34,076 nucleotides of DNA, taken from positions 1 through 34,076 of IMG/VR virus record IMGVR_UViG_3300049170_000123. One strand, written 5' to 3'. Source of the stretch: a virus. Lineage: Duplodnaviria; Caudoviricetes. Both the position numbers and the translations under genes were made by a program. Under the pieces are notes generated by a model. The model did not search any database. It worked only from the letters and a program-made list of their open reading frames with translations, and was not told where the DNA came from. Below are positions 8,378-16,253 of this stretch, in pieces (the first letter of the stretch is position 1; each line of letters begins with the position of its first letter).

Positions 8378-10704
8378 TATCGGTTCCTTCCTAGAGAGTT
8401 GACGTCGCCACGGCCGGAGTTGCGCACCCACTTGCGGATGACGTGGACCAGGTCATCGGTCCCGCCGGTGACGTCGAGCGTGATGGTCTGGCCGCCGCCG
8501 GTGTGACGGACGGCGGCGCTGGAGCTGATGTGCGCGGGGATGCCGTCGGTGACGCCCTGGAGCATGCCGCGTAGGCCGGGCAGGCCCGACTCGATCCCGT
8601 CGACCAGGCCCGACATCAGGGCCGCGCCGGACGGCTCCAACAGGTGGAGGTCCACCCGCATCGGCCCTTTCCAGTTCGGGATCATGTTGGTCACCGACGA
8701 GAACTTCTCGCGCAAGGAACCGATCATCCCGGACACGCCATCGATGAGGCCCTGGATGATGTTGCGTCCGGCGTTGAGCAGCAGGCTCTTCGCGTTGGAG
8801 AAGATGCCGCGGATTCGGCCGGGCAGGCCGCGCACGTAGGAGATGATGCGGGCGACGGTGGCCACGACCCGGGAGTGCATGCCCAGGACGGCGGCGATCG
8901 CGATGGCCTTGGCGGCGTTGAACCCGTTGGAGATGAACGCCTTGACCTTGGCGATGCCGTTGGAGATGAACGCGACCAGGCCGTTCCACAGCGCGGACAC
9001 CTTGGCCTTGATCCACATCCAGGCGGCGGCGGCCGCGGCCTTGATCTCCTCCCAGTGCGACATCAGGATGCCCACCGGGTGGTAGGTCATGAACAGCGAG
9101 ACCAGCCAGTTCCACGCCGCGGACACGGCCGCCTTCAGCCACTCCCACGCGGCGGTCGCGGTCGAGACGATCGAGTTCCAGATGCCGGTCAGCCACGTGA
9201 CCACGGCCGTCCAGGCGGCGACGGTGGCCTGCTTGATCCACTCCCACGCGATCGTGATCGCCGCCACGATCTCGTCCCAGTAGATGATCACGAGCGCGAC
9301 CAGGGCGATGATCGCGGCGATGATCCACCCGATCGGGCCCATGCCCATCAGCCACCCGGCGAGCATCCGCGCACCCATCAGCAACGCCTGGATACCGAGC
9401 TTGCCCAGCATCAGAGCGAGCTTGCCCAGCCCCTTGCCCGCCGAGACCGCGAGCGTGCCGAGCTTGCGGGCGAACTTGCCCAGCGCCGTGTCGGGGGACT
9501 TGATGCTCTGGCCGAGCTTGACCAGGCCGCCGCCCAGCTTCGTGACCGTGCCGACCAGCGGGCCGATCTTGCCCGAGACCGCGCCGAGCACCATCGACCA
9601 GGCGAGCATCTGCCCCACGGTCGACTGGACCGGGCCCGGCAGGCTGGTGAACACCGCGGCGATCGTGCCGATCACGGAGGCGACCCCGGGCAGGATCGCG
9701 AGCAGGTCGGTCGCGACCTGGTTCAGCAGTCCGAAGATCTGGGTGAGCTGCTCCTGGCCCTGGGCGGACTGGGCCCAGGCCGCGAACTGACCGGTGAGCT
9801 GCTCGATGGTGTCCAACAGGCTGGCGCCGTCGGTGAAGGCGGCGCCGAAGATCCCGCCCAGGGCCATGCCCAGGTTTCCGGCGATCGTGCCGAGCTGGGC
9901 CATGACGTCCCCGGCCTGGGTGACGACGTCGGCCAGCTTCGCGGCGCCCCGCTCGGAGGTCAGGAACGCGGCCGCGGCCCCCAACGACCCGCTGGCCCAT
10001 TCGTTGAAGCGAGTGATGAGCGGCATGCCCGCGATCGCGAGCTGGGTCAGGACGGTGATCAGCGGACCGACCACGCCCCGGAAGGAGTCGGTGGCCGACG
10101 CGGTGCCGGAGAAGACCTGCTCCAGCTGGCCCTGGAACAGCGGCGTGGACATGGTCCTGGTGGCCTCTTTGGCGAGCCCGTTCAAGGACCCGGCCACGTC
10201 GACCATGCCCCGGCGCAGGGTCGGCAGGACCGCCCCGGCCAGCGTCTCCATCTCCGACCCGAGTCCGGCGAACAAGCGCTGCTGGACGGCCTGCTGGACC
10301 GGCTTGAACTGGGCCTTGATCCCCGCCAGCGACCGAACGAACGATCGCGCCGAGGGGGCGAGCTTCTGCAAGGCCTCGTCCAGGGCGGCCGCGTCGCCCT
10401 CGGCGAGGGCGGTCATGGCGTCCCCCATGCCCGCCAGCCCCACCGACAGGGTGGCCAGCGCCGCCCCGGCGATCGCGGCGGCCGCGGGCAGCGCCAGCAG
10501 CGCCGCCGAGGCCGGGCCCAGCGCGGAGGTGAGCGCGATCGCCGAGGACGCCAGGGTGGCCAGCGCGGCCGCCTTGCCGACGGACCCGAGCTTCTCGGCG
10601 TTGCGGACGATGCCGTCGAACGCCTTCTGGACCCGCTTGGCTCCGGCCTGGAACTTCTTGTCGTCCAGGCCGATCTTGACCAACAGGGACTTGAGCGTGG
10701 CCAC
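8377..10704 (-). CDS. Tape measure protein (775 aa)
   Basis: Ala/Gly/Leu-rich; periodic W/F repeats (AAWEWLKAAVSAAWNWL; AFISNG twice); GPIGWIIAAI segment; NAGRNIIQGLIDG; position after the tail chaperones. Confidence 0.95.
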   Translation of the reverse strand: MATLKSLLVKIGLDDKKFQAGAKRVQKAFDGIVRNAEKLGSVGKAAALATLASSAIALTSALGPASAALLALPAAAAIAGAALATLSVGLAGMGDAMTALAEGDAAALDEALQKLAPSARSFVRSLAGIKAQFKPVQQAVQQRLFAGLGSEMETLAGAVLPTLRRGMVDVAGSLNGLAKEATRTMSTPLFQGQLEQVFSGTASATDSFRGVVGPLITVLTQLAIAGMPLITRFNEWASGSLGAAAAFLTSERGAAKLADVVTQAGDVMAQLGTIAGNLGMALGGIFGAAFTDGASLLDTIEQLTGQFAAWAQSAQGQEQLTQIFGLLNQVATDLLAILPGVASVIGTIAAVFTSLPGPVQSTVGQMLAWSMVLGAVSGKIGPLVGTVTKLGGGLVKLGQSIKSPDTALGKFARKLGTLAVSAGKGLGKLALMLGKLGIQALLMGARMLAGWLMGMGPIGWIIAAIIALVALVIIYWDEIVAAITIAWEWIKQATVAAWTAVVTWLTGIWNSIVSTATAAWEWLKAAVSAAWNWLVSLFMTYHPVGILMSHWEEIKAAAAAAWMWIKAKVSALWNGLVAFISNGIAKVKAFISNGFNAAKAIAIAAVLGMHSRVVATVARIISYVRGLPGRIRGIFSNAKSLLLNAGRNIIQGLIDGVSGMIGSLREKFSSVTNMIPNWKGPMRVDLHLLEPSGAALMSGLVDGIESGLPGLRGMLQGVTDGIPAHISSSAAVRHTGGGQTITLDVTGGTDDLVHVIRKWVRNSGRGDVNSLGRNR

Positions 10705-10729
10705 GCGGGATCACCTCCCGCCTGGTCAG

Positions 10730-11077
10730 CTATTCGGTTGGTTCACGCACCTCGCGCACGGTGCCGCCGAGGCGCGCGTTCATGGCCACGGCGATCTGCC
10801 ACATGTCGTCGGGGGTCTGCTCCTGGCGGTCCCACCGGAAGAAGTCGCCCGGCCGAGAGGCCCGCGCCCCCTTCTTCTTGTGGGCGTTGACCAGGGCGGC
10901 GGTGATCGTGCCCGCGTGCAGGTCCCCGCGCGCGGGCCCGAGCGTGCCGGTCAGGCGCTCGACGGCGACCCACTCGGCCAGCTCGTAGGAGGAGATCCGG
11001 GCCAGGAGTTCGCCGACGGTGTATCCGAGGTGCGCGGCCAGACGGAAGTAGAACAGCCGCTCTGGCCGCGCCCTCAT
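10730..11077 (-). CDS. Tail assembly chaperone, downstream (-1) frame (lambda gpT equivalent)
   Basis: RLFYFRLAAHLGYTVGELLARISSYELAEWVA pattern; in the -1 frame relative to the upstream chaperone; between chaperone and tape measure. Confidence 0.8.
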   Translation of the reverse strand: MRARPERLFYFRLAAHLGYTVGELLARISSYELAEWVAVERLTGTLGPARGDLHAGTITAALVNAHKKKGARASRPGDFFRWDRQEQTPDDMWQIAVAMNARLGGTVREVREPTE

Positions 11078-11445
11078 TCCCCCACGAGTTCCTCGACGTC
11101 CCCGTTGTCCAAGCCGTTGAGCTTGGCGGCGGCGTCGTAGACGATGCCGATGGCGGCCGCGTTCTTCTTGCCCAGCGCCTCCAGGTCGGCCCGGGAGTCG
11201 GTGAACAGCCGCTGGCCCTGGGCGTCGACCATGCACAGCGCGACCAGCTTCGTGCGCAGGTCGTCCAGCTTCAGCTTGGGGTCGCCCTTCAGGCGCACGT
11301 CGGTGATGGACAGCTCGAACTTCGAGCGCTCGGCACCGGTCAGGGTGCGCACCCGCACCTTGCCGCCCCACTGGGGGACGTCGACCTCGTCGTAGGCGAG
11401 GTCGTTGGCGCCCAGTACCGCATCGCGCGAGAGCAGTTCCGACAT
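11074..11445 (-). CDS. Tail assembly chaperone (lambda gpG equivalent, 123 aa)
   Basis: MSELLSRDAVL...EVDVPQWGGKVRVRTLTGAER; GGAGGA RBS; ends GTG GGG GAA TGA. Confidence 0.85.
   Translation of the reverse strand: MSELLSRDAVLGANDLAYDEVDVPQWGGKVRVRTLTGAERSKFELSITDVRLKGDPKLKLDDLRTKLVALCMVDAQGQRLFTDSRADLEALGKKNAAAIGIVYDAAAKLNGLDNGDVEELVGE
11077..11083 (-). promoter_or_regulatory. Candidate -1 programmed ribosomal frameshift site GGGGGAA
   Basis: G GGG GAA immediately before the chaperone stop, with the -1 frame open through to 10730. Confidence 0.65.
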
Positions 11446-11447
11446 GG

Positions 11448-11657
11448 TCAGTCCTCCGAGGGGGTGGTGTCGCTGATGGTGTTGGTGATGGTGAGGTACC
11501 GGGCGGACAGCGTCAGCTGCACGCTGGGCACGTCGTCGGGGTCCACCGCGTGGGTCAGGGAGTGGCGGCGGATCGCACGCGCGGGGATCTCCACCCCGTC
11601 CACGATCACGCTCGCGTGCGGGCCCTTGCGGGTCACCTCGATGCGGTCGGCGGCCAT
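11448..11657 (-). CDS. Hypothetical protein (69 aa)
   Basis: Fills the gap between tail tube and chaperone; start overlaps the upstream stop. Confidence 0.65.
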   Translation of the reverse strand: MAADRIEVTRKGPHASVIVDGVEIPARAIRRHSLTHAVDPDDVPSVQLTLSARYLTITNTISDTTPSED

Positions 11658-12082
11658 CAGCCAGCACCCCCGGCCGGGATGATCTCGGGCTTGCCGGTCA
11701 CCTTCAGGGTGACCTCGGCGGCCAGCTTGTCGTCGTGCGGGCCCTCCGGCGAAAAACCGGTCAGCAGGGCCTTGATCTGCCAGGCCTGCCCGCCGGGCCA
11801 GGTGATGCGGTAGTCGCGCGGCTCGGTGTCCTCGAAGTCCTCGATGAGGACGTCGTGGTCCTCGGGCTCGTAGTTGAGCTCCACCGACACCTCGCCGGCG
11901 TCGATCAGCGACCCGATGAACTCGCGGTAGGAGTTCGGGGAGTCGTGGGCGGTGACGTCGATGGTCTCCCGCTCCATCTCCGGACCGCCGAGGTTGACCA
12001 TGTTCGCGATGGGGGTGAACACCGGGGTCGCAGCCATGTCGCTGCGCTCCAGCTTCACTCCGTAGGCGGCGCGTCCAGCCAT
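11657..12082 (-). CDS. Major tail (tube) protein (141 aa)
   Basis: GPEMERETIDVTAHDS...YREFIGSLIDAGEVSVELNY...TLKVTGKP, a siphophage tail tube signature. Confidence 0.92.
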   Translation of the reverse strand: MAGRAAYGVKLERSDMAATPVFTPIANMVNLGGPEMERETIDVTAHDSPNSYREFIGSLIDAGEVSVELNYEPEDHDVLIEDFEDTEPRDYRITWPGGQAWQIKALLTGFSPEGPHDDKLAAEVTLKVTGKPEIIPAGGAG

Positions 12083-12501
12083 TACGGAACCTCCAGTTCT
12101 TGTTCGAGCCAGACGCGGAAACGCATCACGCCCTGGCGCAGGTTGGGGTCGGGGTCACGCAGGAAGTTGCGGTACTCTGCGGCCACCGACACGTTCGTGA
12201 ACCCGGACACCACCAGCGGCTGGCGGTGGAGGAGCCGGTTCAGGTGGGAGGCGATGACGGCCGCCTCCCGGTAGCCGCGGTACTCCGACCAGATGTGCAG
12301 GGTCGCGTCCAGGTCGATGCCGTACCGGTCGTGGGCGTCGTCGGGCTGCTCGGTGAACAGCCCGAACAGCACGTGCGGGTACGCCGCGTTCTCGGGCACC
12401 TCGTCGTAGACCTGGGCCATGGCCATCAGGTCGGGGTCGGCGGTGAGGCGGGCGTACATGGCCTGCTGGACGGGCCAGACGGCGCCGAGTGATCCGCTCA
12501 T
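12082..12501 (-). CDS. Tail terminator/completion protein (DUF3168-like)
   Basis: QQAMYARLTAD..L....VYDEVPE.AAYPHV..G....TLHIWS; position before the tail tube. Confidence 0.85.
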   Translation of the reverse strand: MSGSLGAVWPVQQAMYARLTADPDLMAMAQVYDEVPENAAYPHVLFGLFTEQPDDAHDRYGIDLDATLHIWSEYRGYREAAVIASHLNRLLHRQPLVVSGFTNVSVAAEYRNFLRDPDPNLRQGVMRFRVWLEQELEVP

Positions 12502-12866
12502 GAGGGCAGGTGCTTCTCGACGGCTTTGCGCAGCCAGCCGCGCATCTTGGCGTTGGACTCGTCTGCGGCCGGGCGCAGGAACGGCTGGGCCTCTTGCCTA
12601 CTGTTGCCCTCTTCGAGCCACTGGCCGTAGTGCGCCAGCTCGTCGCGCGTCCCGGCCTCGGACTCCAGCTTCGTGGAGTTGACCCGGTACCGGATCGTGG
12701 ACTTGAGGTAGCCGGTCAGCACGTTGACGTTCGCGCGGGCGGTGTCGCGGGTCTCCTTGCCCCAGGTGCGCAGCGCTTCCACTCCGGCGGTGCGCATGTC
12801 GGTGGGCAGCTTCTTGAGGGCCTTGCGGATGGCGCGCTCGTGCTGGAGCTTGACGCGCAGGCTCAC
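12498..12866 (-). CDS. HK97 gp10-like tail component
   Basis: V.TG.LK.TI...YGQWLEEG.SRQEAQPFLRPA motif; position. Confidence 0.85.
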   Translation of the reverse strand: MSLRVKLQHERAIRKALKKLPTDMRTAGVEALRTWGKETRDTARANVNVLTGYLKSTIRYRVNSTKLESEAGTRDELAHYGQWLEEGNSRQEAQPFLRPAADESNAKMRGWLRKAVEKHLPS

Positions 12867-13018
12867 CGTGCCCGCCTCCCCTTGGCCATCTCCCGGCGCA
12901 GGGCGGCCATCTCACCGCCCAGGGCCAGCAGCGCCCACGCCGTAGCCGCGGCGTCCTTGTCGTCCGCCAGTGCCTGGGCGGCCATCTCGCGGCACTGGGC
13001 CGGGTCGTCGTGTTCCAT
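12863..13018 (-). CDS. Small hypothetical protein (51 aa; below ORF-track cutoff)
   Basis: Translated by hand: MEHDDPAQCREMAAQALADDKDAAATAWALLALGGEMAALRREMAKGRRAR; fills the gap exactly; GGAAGGGA RBS; GTGA overlap downstream. Confidence 0.65.
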   Translation of the reverse strand: MEHDDPAQCREMAAQALADDKDAAATAWALLALGGEMAALRREMAKGRRAR

Positions 13019-13019
13019 G

Positions 13020-13358
13020 TCAGGTCCCTTCCTGTTCGGGTTGGCGGGCGGCGCAGTCGGCCCGGGTGTAGATGGGCACCGAGGGCTCGACCGTGCCGAC
13101 GACCCTCAGCGTCTGGCCGGGGCGGCGGAGTTCGTCCCAGCGGCGCACGTCCACACCGGGGTCGAGGTAGACCACGTGGGTCAGGTCCGCGCCGGACTGC
13201 TCGCCGCGTTCGGCGTCCTTGGCGGTGGGCTGGGACAGGCGGGCCCGGTGCTCGCCGACCTGGGCCCAGGTGGTGGACCGGCCGCCGCCGCCGTCCTCGC
13301 TCGTGACGGCCCGCCACACCTGCACGGTGGTGTTGAGCAGGTGACCGATCACTGTCAC
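13020..13358 (-). CDS. Head closure / head-tail stopper (SPP1 gp16-like)
   Basis: HLLNTTVQVWR....DGGGGRSTTW.....ARLSQ...THVVY...DVRRWDEL; position. Confidence 0.85.
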   Translation of the reverse strand: MTVIGHLLNTTVQVWRAVTSEDGGGGRSTTWAQVGEHRARLSQPTAKDAERGEQSGADLTHVVYLDPGVDVRRWDELRRPGQTLRVVGTVEPSVPIYTRADCAARQPEQEGT

Positions 13359-13918
13359 CGCCCACCCCCGTTGGAGGCTTTGAGCTGGGCCAGCAGGCCC
13401 TTCTCCCAGTCGGTGAGGTCGATACGGCCCGGCCCGGTCCCGGCCGCCCCGAAGGACCCGGACCAGTCGCCGATGGACTCGGACGTCATCTGGCGGGGGT
13501 TGACCCACACGCGGGCGGCGGCCTGCACGGTGACGGTGCGCAGGATCCCGGGCAGCTCGCCGTCCGGGTAGCCGTGGGTGTACACGACCTGGACCGAGCG
13601 GGGGCGGGTCGGCCAGCGCCCGCACAGGCGGGTGAGCACCCCGGCGCCCGACCAGGTGTAGTCCGCGTCCACGGCCAGCGGCAGGCCCCGTTCGGTCACC
13701 GACTCCACCGCGGTGACGGGGATCTGGGGCAGCAGCAGCGTGGTGGTGCCGGTGCCGTCCAGGGTCACGACGTCGTTCACGACCTGGACGACGTCCTGGC
13801 GGATTTCGGCCAGCACCGCCGAGGTGGCCAGGTCCAGCAGGAGCGTCGCGGCCGCCTCGTCAATCGTGGGCAGGCGCAGCAGTAGGCGCAGGTCCTCGGG
13901 TGTGGCGAAGGCGGCCAC
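13355..13918 (-). CDS. Head-to-tail adaptor (187 aa)
   Basis: AFATPEDL...LLDLAT...LLLPQIPVTAVESV...V.YTHGY...NP....SESIGDWS pattern; position after the capsid. Confidence 0.85.
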   Translation of the reverse strand: MAAFATPEDLRLLLRLPTIDEAAATLLLDLATSAVLAEIRQDVVQVVNDVVTLDGTGTTTLLLPQIPVTAVESVTERGLPLAVDADYTWSGAGVLTRLCGRWPTRPRSVQVVYTHGYPDGELPGILRTVTVQAAARVWVNPRQMTSESIGDWSGSFGAAGTGPGRIDLTDWEKGLLAQLKASNGGGR

Positions 13919-13926
13919 GACTCACC

Positions 13927-14331
13927 TCACTTCTCGTCGCTGTCGCGTCGGGTGGCGGTGCGCTTGGCGCGGCGGGTGGCCTTGGCCGGTGCCTGCGTGC
14001 CCTCGCGCTCGGCCTCCTGTGGGTCGGGCGGGGCGGGCTCGGTGTCGGGCTCGGGCTCGGGCTCCGCCGGGGCCTCCTGTTCCGCCGGGGGCTCTGACTC
14101 CGAATCGGCCGACGTCCCCGGCGTCTCGCCGGAGCCCTCGCTCTGGCCTTCGCTCTGTTCCTCGTTCGGCGTCTCGCCCTGGTCCTGGTCGGGGTCGATG
14201 ACCGGCACGGCGTGCCCGGCCGCGATCCAGGCCCGGCCCAGAGCGTCGGGGACGTCGGGCGTGGACCCGGACGGGTACCGGCGACCGGCCCCGTCCGAGA
14301 TCGACGTCACGCTGGTGATGCGAATCCTCAT
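13927..14331 (-). CDS. Hypothetical capsid-associated protein with acidic low-complexity tail (134 aa)
   Basis: Short folded N-terminus (DVPDALGRAWIAAGHAVPV), then E/P/S-rich linker and basic end; common gene type after the major capsid. Confidence 0.7.
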   Translation of the reverse strand: MRIRITSVTSISDGAGRRYPSGSTPDVPDALGRAWIAAGHAVPVIDPDQDQGETPNEEQSEGQSEGSGETPGTSADSESEPPAEQEAPAEPEPEPDTEPAPPDPQEAEREGTQAPAKATRRAKRTATRRDSDEK

Positions 14332-14333
14332 GG

Positions 14334-15542
14334 TCAGGCCGCCGCCAGCTGGAGGATGCGCAGGGCCTCGGGACGGATCACGTCACCGGCCACCCGGTAG
14401 CGGACCTTGAAGCCGACCATGCCGTCCTCGGAGTACAGCTCCACCAGGCGCTGCACGGTCATACCGAGCCGGTCGTAGATCCGGTACCCGGCGTTGAAGT
14501 CGCCGAAGGCGGCGTAGCGCGCGCCCGCGGCCGGGGCCGCGATGTCCTCCTGGTTGTACAGCGGGTAGCCCAGGAAGGTGTTCGGCCGACCGGCCTGCAC
14601 GCTGGGCTGCCACAGGTACTGGCCGTTGGCGTCCTTCTTGGTGGAGATGATCAGCTCGGTGGCCGACGCCACGGCGAAGCCGCCGTTGCGCCGGTACTGG
14701 GCGGGCACCCCGTAGATCAGCTGCTTGAAGTGGTCCAGCTCCGGCGCGACCCCACCGGCCTCGGCGGTGATGACCGGCACGCCGCCCTCGGCGGTCATGA
14801 ACCCGACCGGGGTCTTGGCGGCGTGGCCGGTGCCGACGGTGAACGCGGTGTCCTCGGCCTCACCGATCGCGCGGCTGAAGGAGTCGCGGACGAACCCCTC
14901 CAGGTTGACGTCGGTGTCGTCGAACTCGTCCTCGCCGATCTTGGCCAGCCCGTACAGGTCCTCCACGTAGGTCCACTCCTCGCCGGGGGTGGAGGGCATG
15001 GAGTCGGTCAGGGTCTGGTCGTTCGTCTCCAGCTTTCCCCAGCCCACGGCCACCTCCGACAGGGAGCGGCGGCGCACCCGGTCCGAGGTGATGGAGCGGG
15101 TGGAGGCCAGGCCGCGCACGATGGTCAGCTCGGGCAGGGACCGGATGATCTCGGTCTCCAGCTCCTCGGGGACCAGGATCTGCCCGGCGGCGTTCTCCAC
15201 CAGGGCGCGCTGCTCCGGGGCGAGCCCCGCGCGGCCGTGGCGGACGAACTGCCAGAACGCGGCCCGCTGCTGGCGGCTGCGCTCCTCGCCCTCGGGCGGC
15301 TTGGTCGGGTCGGGGTTGGGGCCGCGGTTGATCGAGCGGGCCTGCTCGGCCTCGCGCTGCTCCTGGGCCTCGATGCGCTCGATGCGCGCGGTCAGGTCGC
15401 GGAACTCGCTCTCGTGGCGGGCGTAGGCCTGGTCCTCCTCGCCGGACAGGTTGCGGTTCTCGGCCTCGGCGGTCTCGGTGATGGTCCGGAGCGACTCAAC
15501 GACCCGGGCGCGCTGCTGGCGCAGCTCCACACTGGTGGGCAT
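14334..15542 (-). CDS. Major capsid protein, HK97 family (402 aa, N-terminal delta/scaffold domain)
   Basis: Coiled-coil N-terminus, GQILVPEE, KDANGQYLWQPS...TFLGYP, FGDF..GY.I.DR, VGF....R. Confidence 0.95.
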   Translation of the reverse strand: MPTSVELRQQRARVVESLRTITETAEAENRNLSGEEDQAYARHESEFRDLTARIERIEAQEQREAEQARSINRGPNPDPTKPPEGEERSRQQRAAFWQFVRHGRAGLAPEQRALVENAAGQILVPEELETEIIRSLPELTIVRGLASTRSITSDRVRRRSLSEVAVGWGKLETNDQTLTDSMPSTPGEEWTYVEDLYGLAKIGEDEFDDTDVNLEGFVRDSFSRAIGEAEDTAFTVGTGHAAKTPVGFMTAEGGVPVITAEAGGVAPELDHFKQLIYGVPAQYRRNGGFAVASATELIISTKKDANGQYLWQPSVQAGRPNTFLGYPLYNQEDIAAPAAGARYAAFGDFNAGYRIYDRLGMTVQRLVELYSEDGMVGFKVRYRVAGDVIRPEALRILQLAAA

Positions 15543-15583
15543 GGTGGGGTTCCCTTCATTCGGTGGTGTCCCGGGGTGTGGCC

Positions 15584-15620
15584 GGGCATGACGAAGGCGC
15601 CCTCTGCTCCAGAAGGCGCC
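15584..15620 (-). terminator. Hairpin + CCTTCGTCATGCCC element upstream of the major capsid gene
   Basis: Minus strand reads GGCGCCTTCTG-GAG-CAGAGGGCGCC-TTCGTCATGCCC. Confidence 0.6.
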
Positions 15621-15639
15621 AGTGAAAATAGGGGCGGGG

Positions 15640-16239
15640 TCAGAGCTGGTGGAGCAGCTCCATCTCGCGGAGCCGGTGGCGGGCCCGCGCGGCGGGCAGC
15701 CCCTCGGCCGGCGGGGTGAGCTGGCGGGCGGCGGCGGTGCGCAGCTCCGCGCTGGTCTGGGCGTAGGCCGGGAACGTCACCACGGACACGTCGCCGCCGT
15801 CCAGGTCGATGCCGTGCACCTCATGGGTGGAGCCCGACCAGCCGTCCGCGGTGACCCAGAACCCGAACGACATCTGGTTGACGTCTCCGCGTTCCAGGAG
15901 CACGGCCAGGTCCCGGGCGTAGGACACGTCGGCCATGTCGGCGTCCACGCTCACGCCCTGGTCGTCCTCGGCCAGGCGCAGCGTCCCGGACGCGGTCCGG
16001 CCCAGGGTGTAGTTGGGGTCGTGGTTGATCAGGAACCGCACGTCCGGCCCGTTGGCTAGGGTGCGTTCGGCGGCGCCGGGCATGATGATTTCGCGCCAGC
16101 CGCCCATGTCCTCGGACAGCGACCCGTAGACGATGGCGCGGCCGGTGAAGTGCAACCGGCCCCCGCCGTCGCCGTCGTTGGTGGCGGCGCGCACCTGCAC
16201 GTCGGCCAGCTGGTAGGAACGGCGCTCGAACGTCCGCAT
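15640..16239 (-). CDS. HK97-family prohead protease (199 aa)
   Basis: FTGRAIVYGSLSEDMGGWREII.PGA, LINHD, LGRT.SGTLRL.ED..G, MSFGF, VSVVTFPAY; GAGGAGAG RBS before ATG 16239. Confidence 0.93.
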   Translation of the reverse strand: MRTFERRSYQLADVQVRAATNDGDGGGRLHFTGRAIVYGSLSEDMGGWREIIMPGAAERTLANGPDVRFLINHDPNYTLGRTASGTLRLAEDDQGVSVDADMADVSYARDLAVLLERGDVNQMSFGFWVTADGWSGSTHEVHGIDLDGGDVSVVTFPAYAQTSAELRTAAARQLTPPAEGLPAARARHRLREMELLHQL

Positions 16240-16253
16240 GCTCTCTCCTCTCC

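Noticed and set aside
8923-8973. 17-bp direct repeat CCGTTGGAGATGAACGC
   Set aside because: Encodes the 11-residue-period AFISNG repeat normal for tape measure proteins.
8453-10890. Long alternative-frame and antisense ORFs over the tape measure gene (753, 748 and 448 aa)
   Set aside because: Shadow ORFs caused by high GC3; R/G/P-rich or mirror composition with no motifs.
14040-14066. GGCTCG tandem repeats
   Set aside because: Encode an EPEPEP low-complexity linker.
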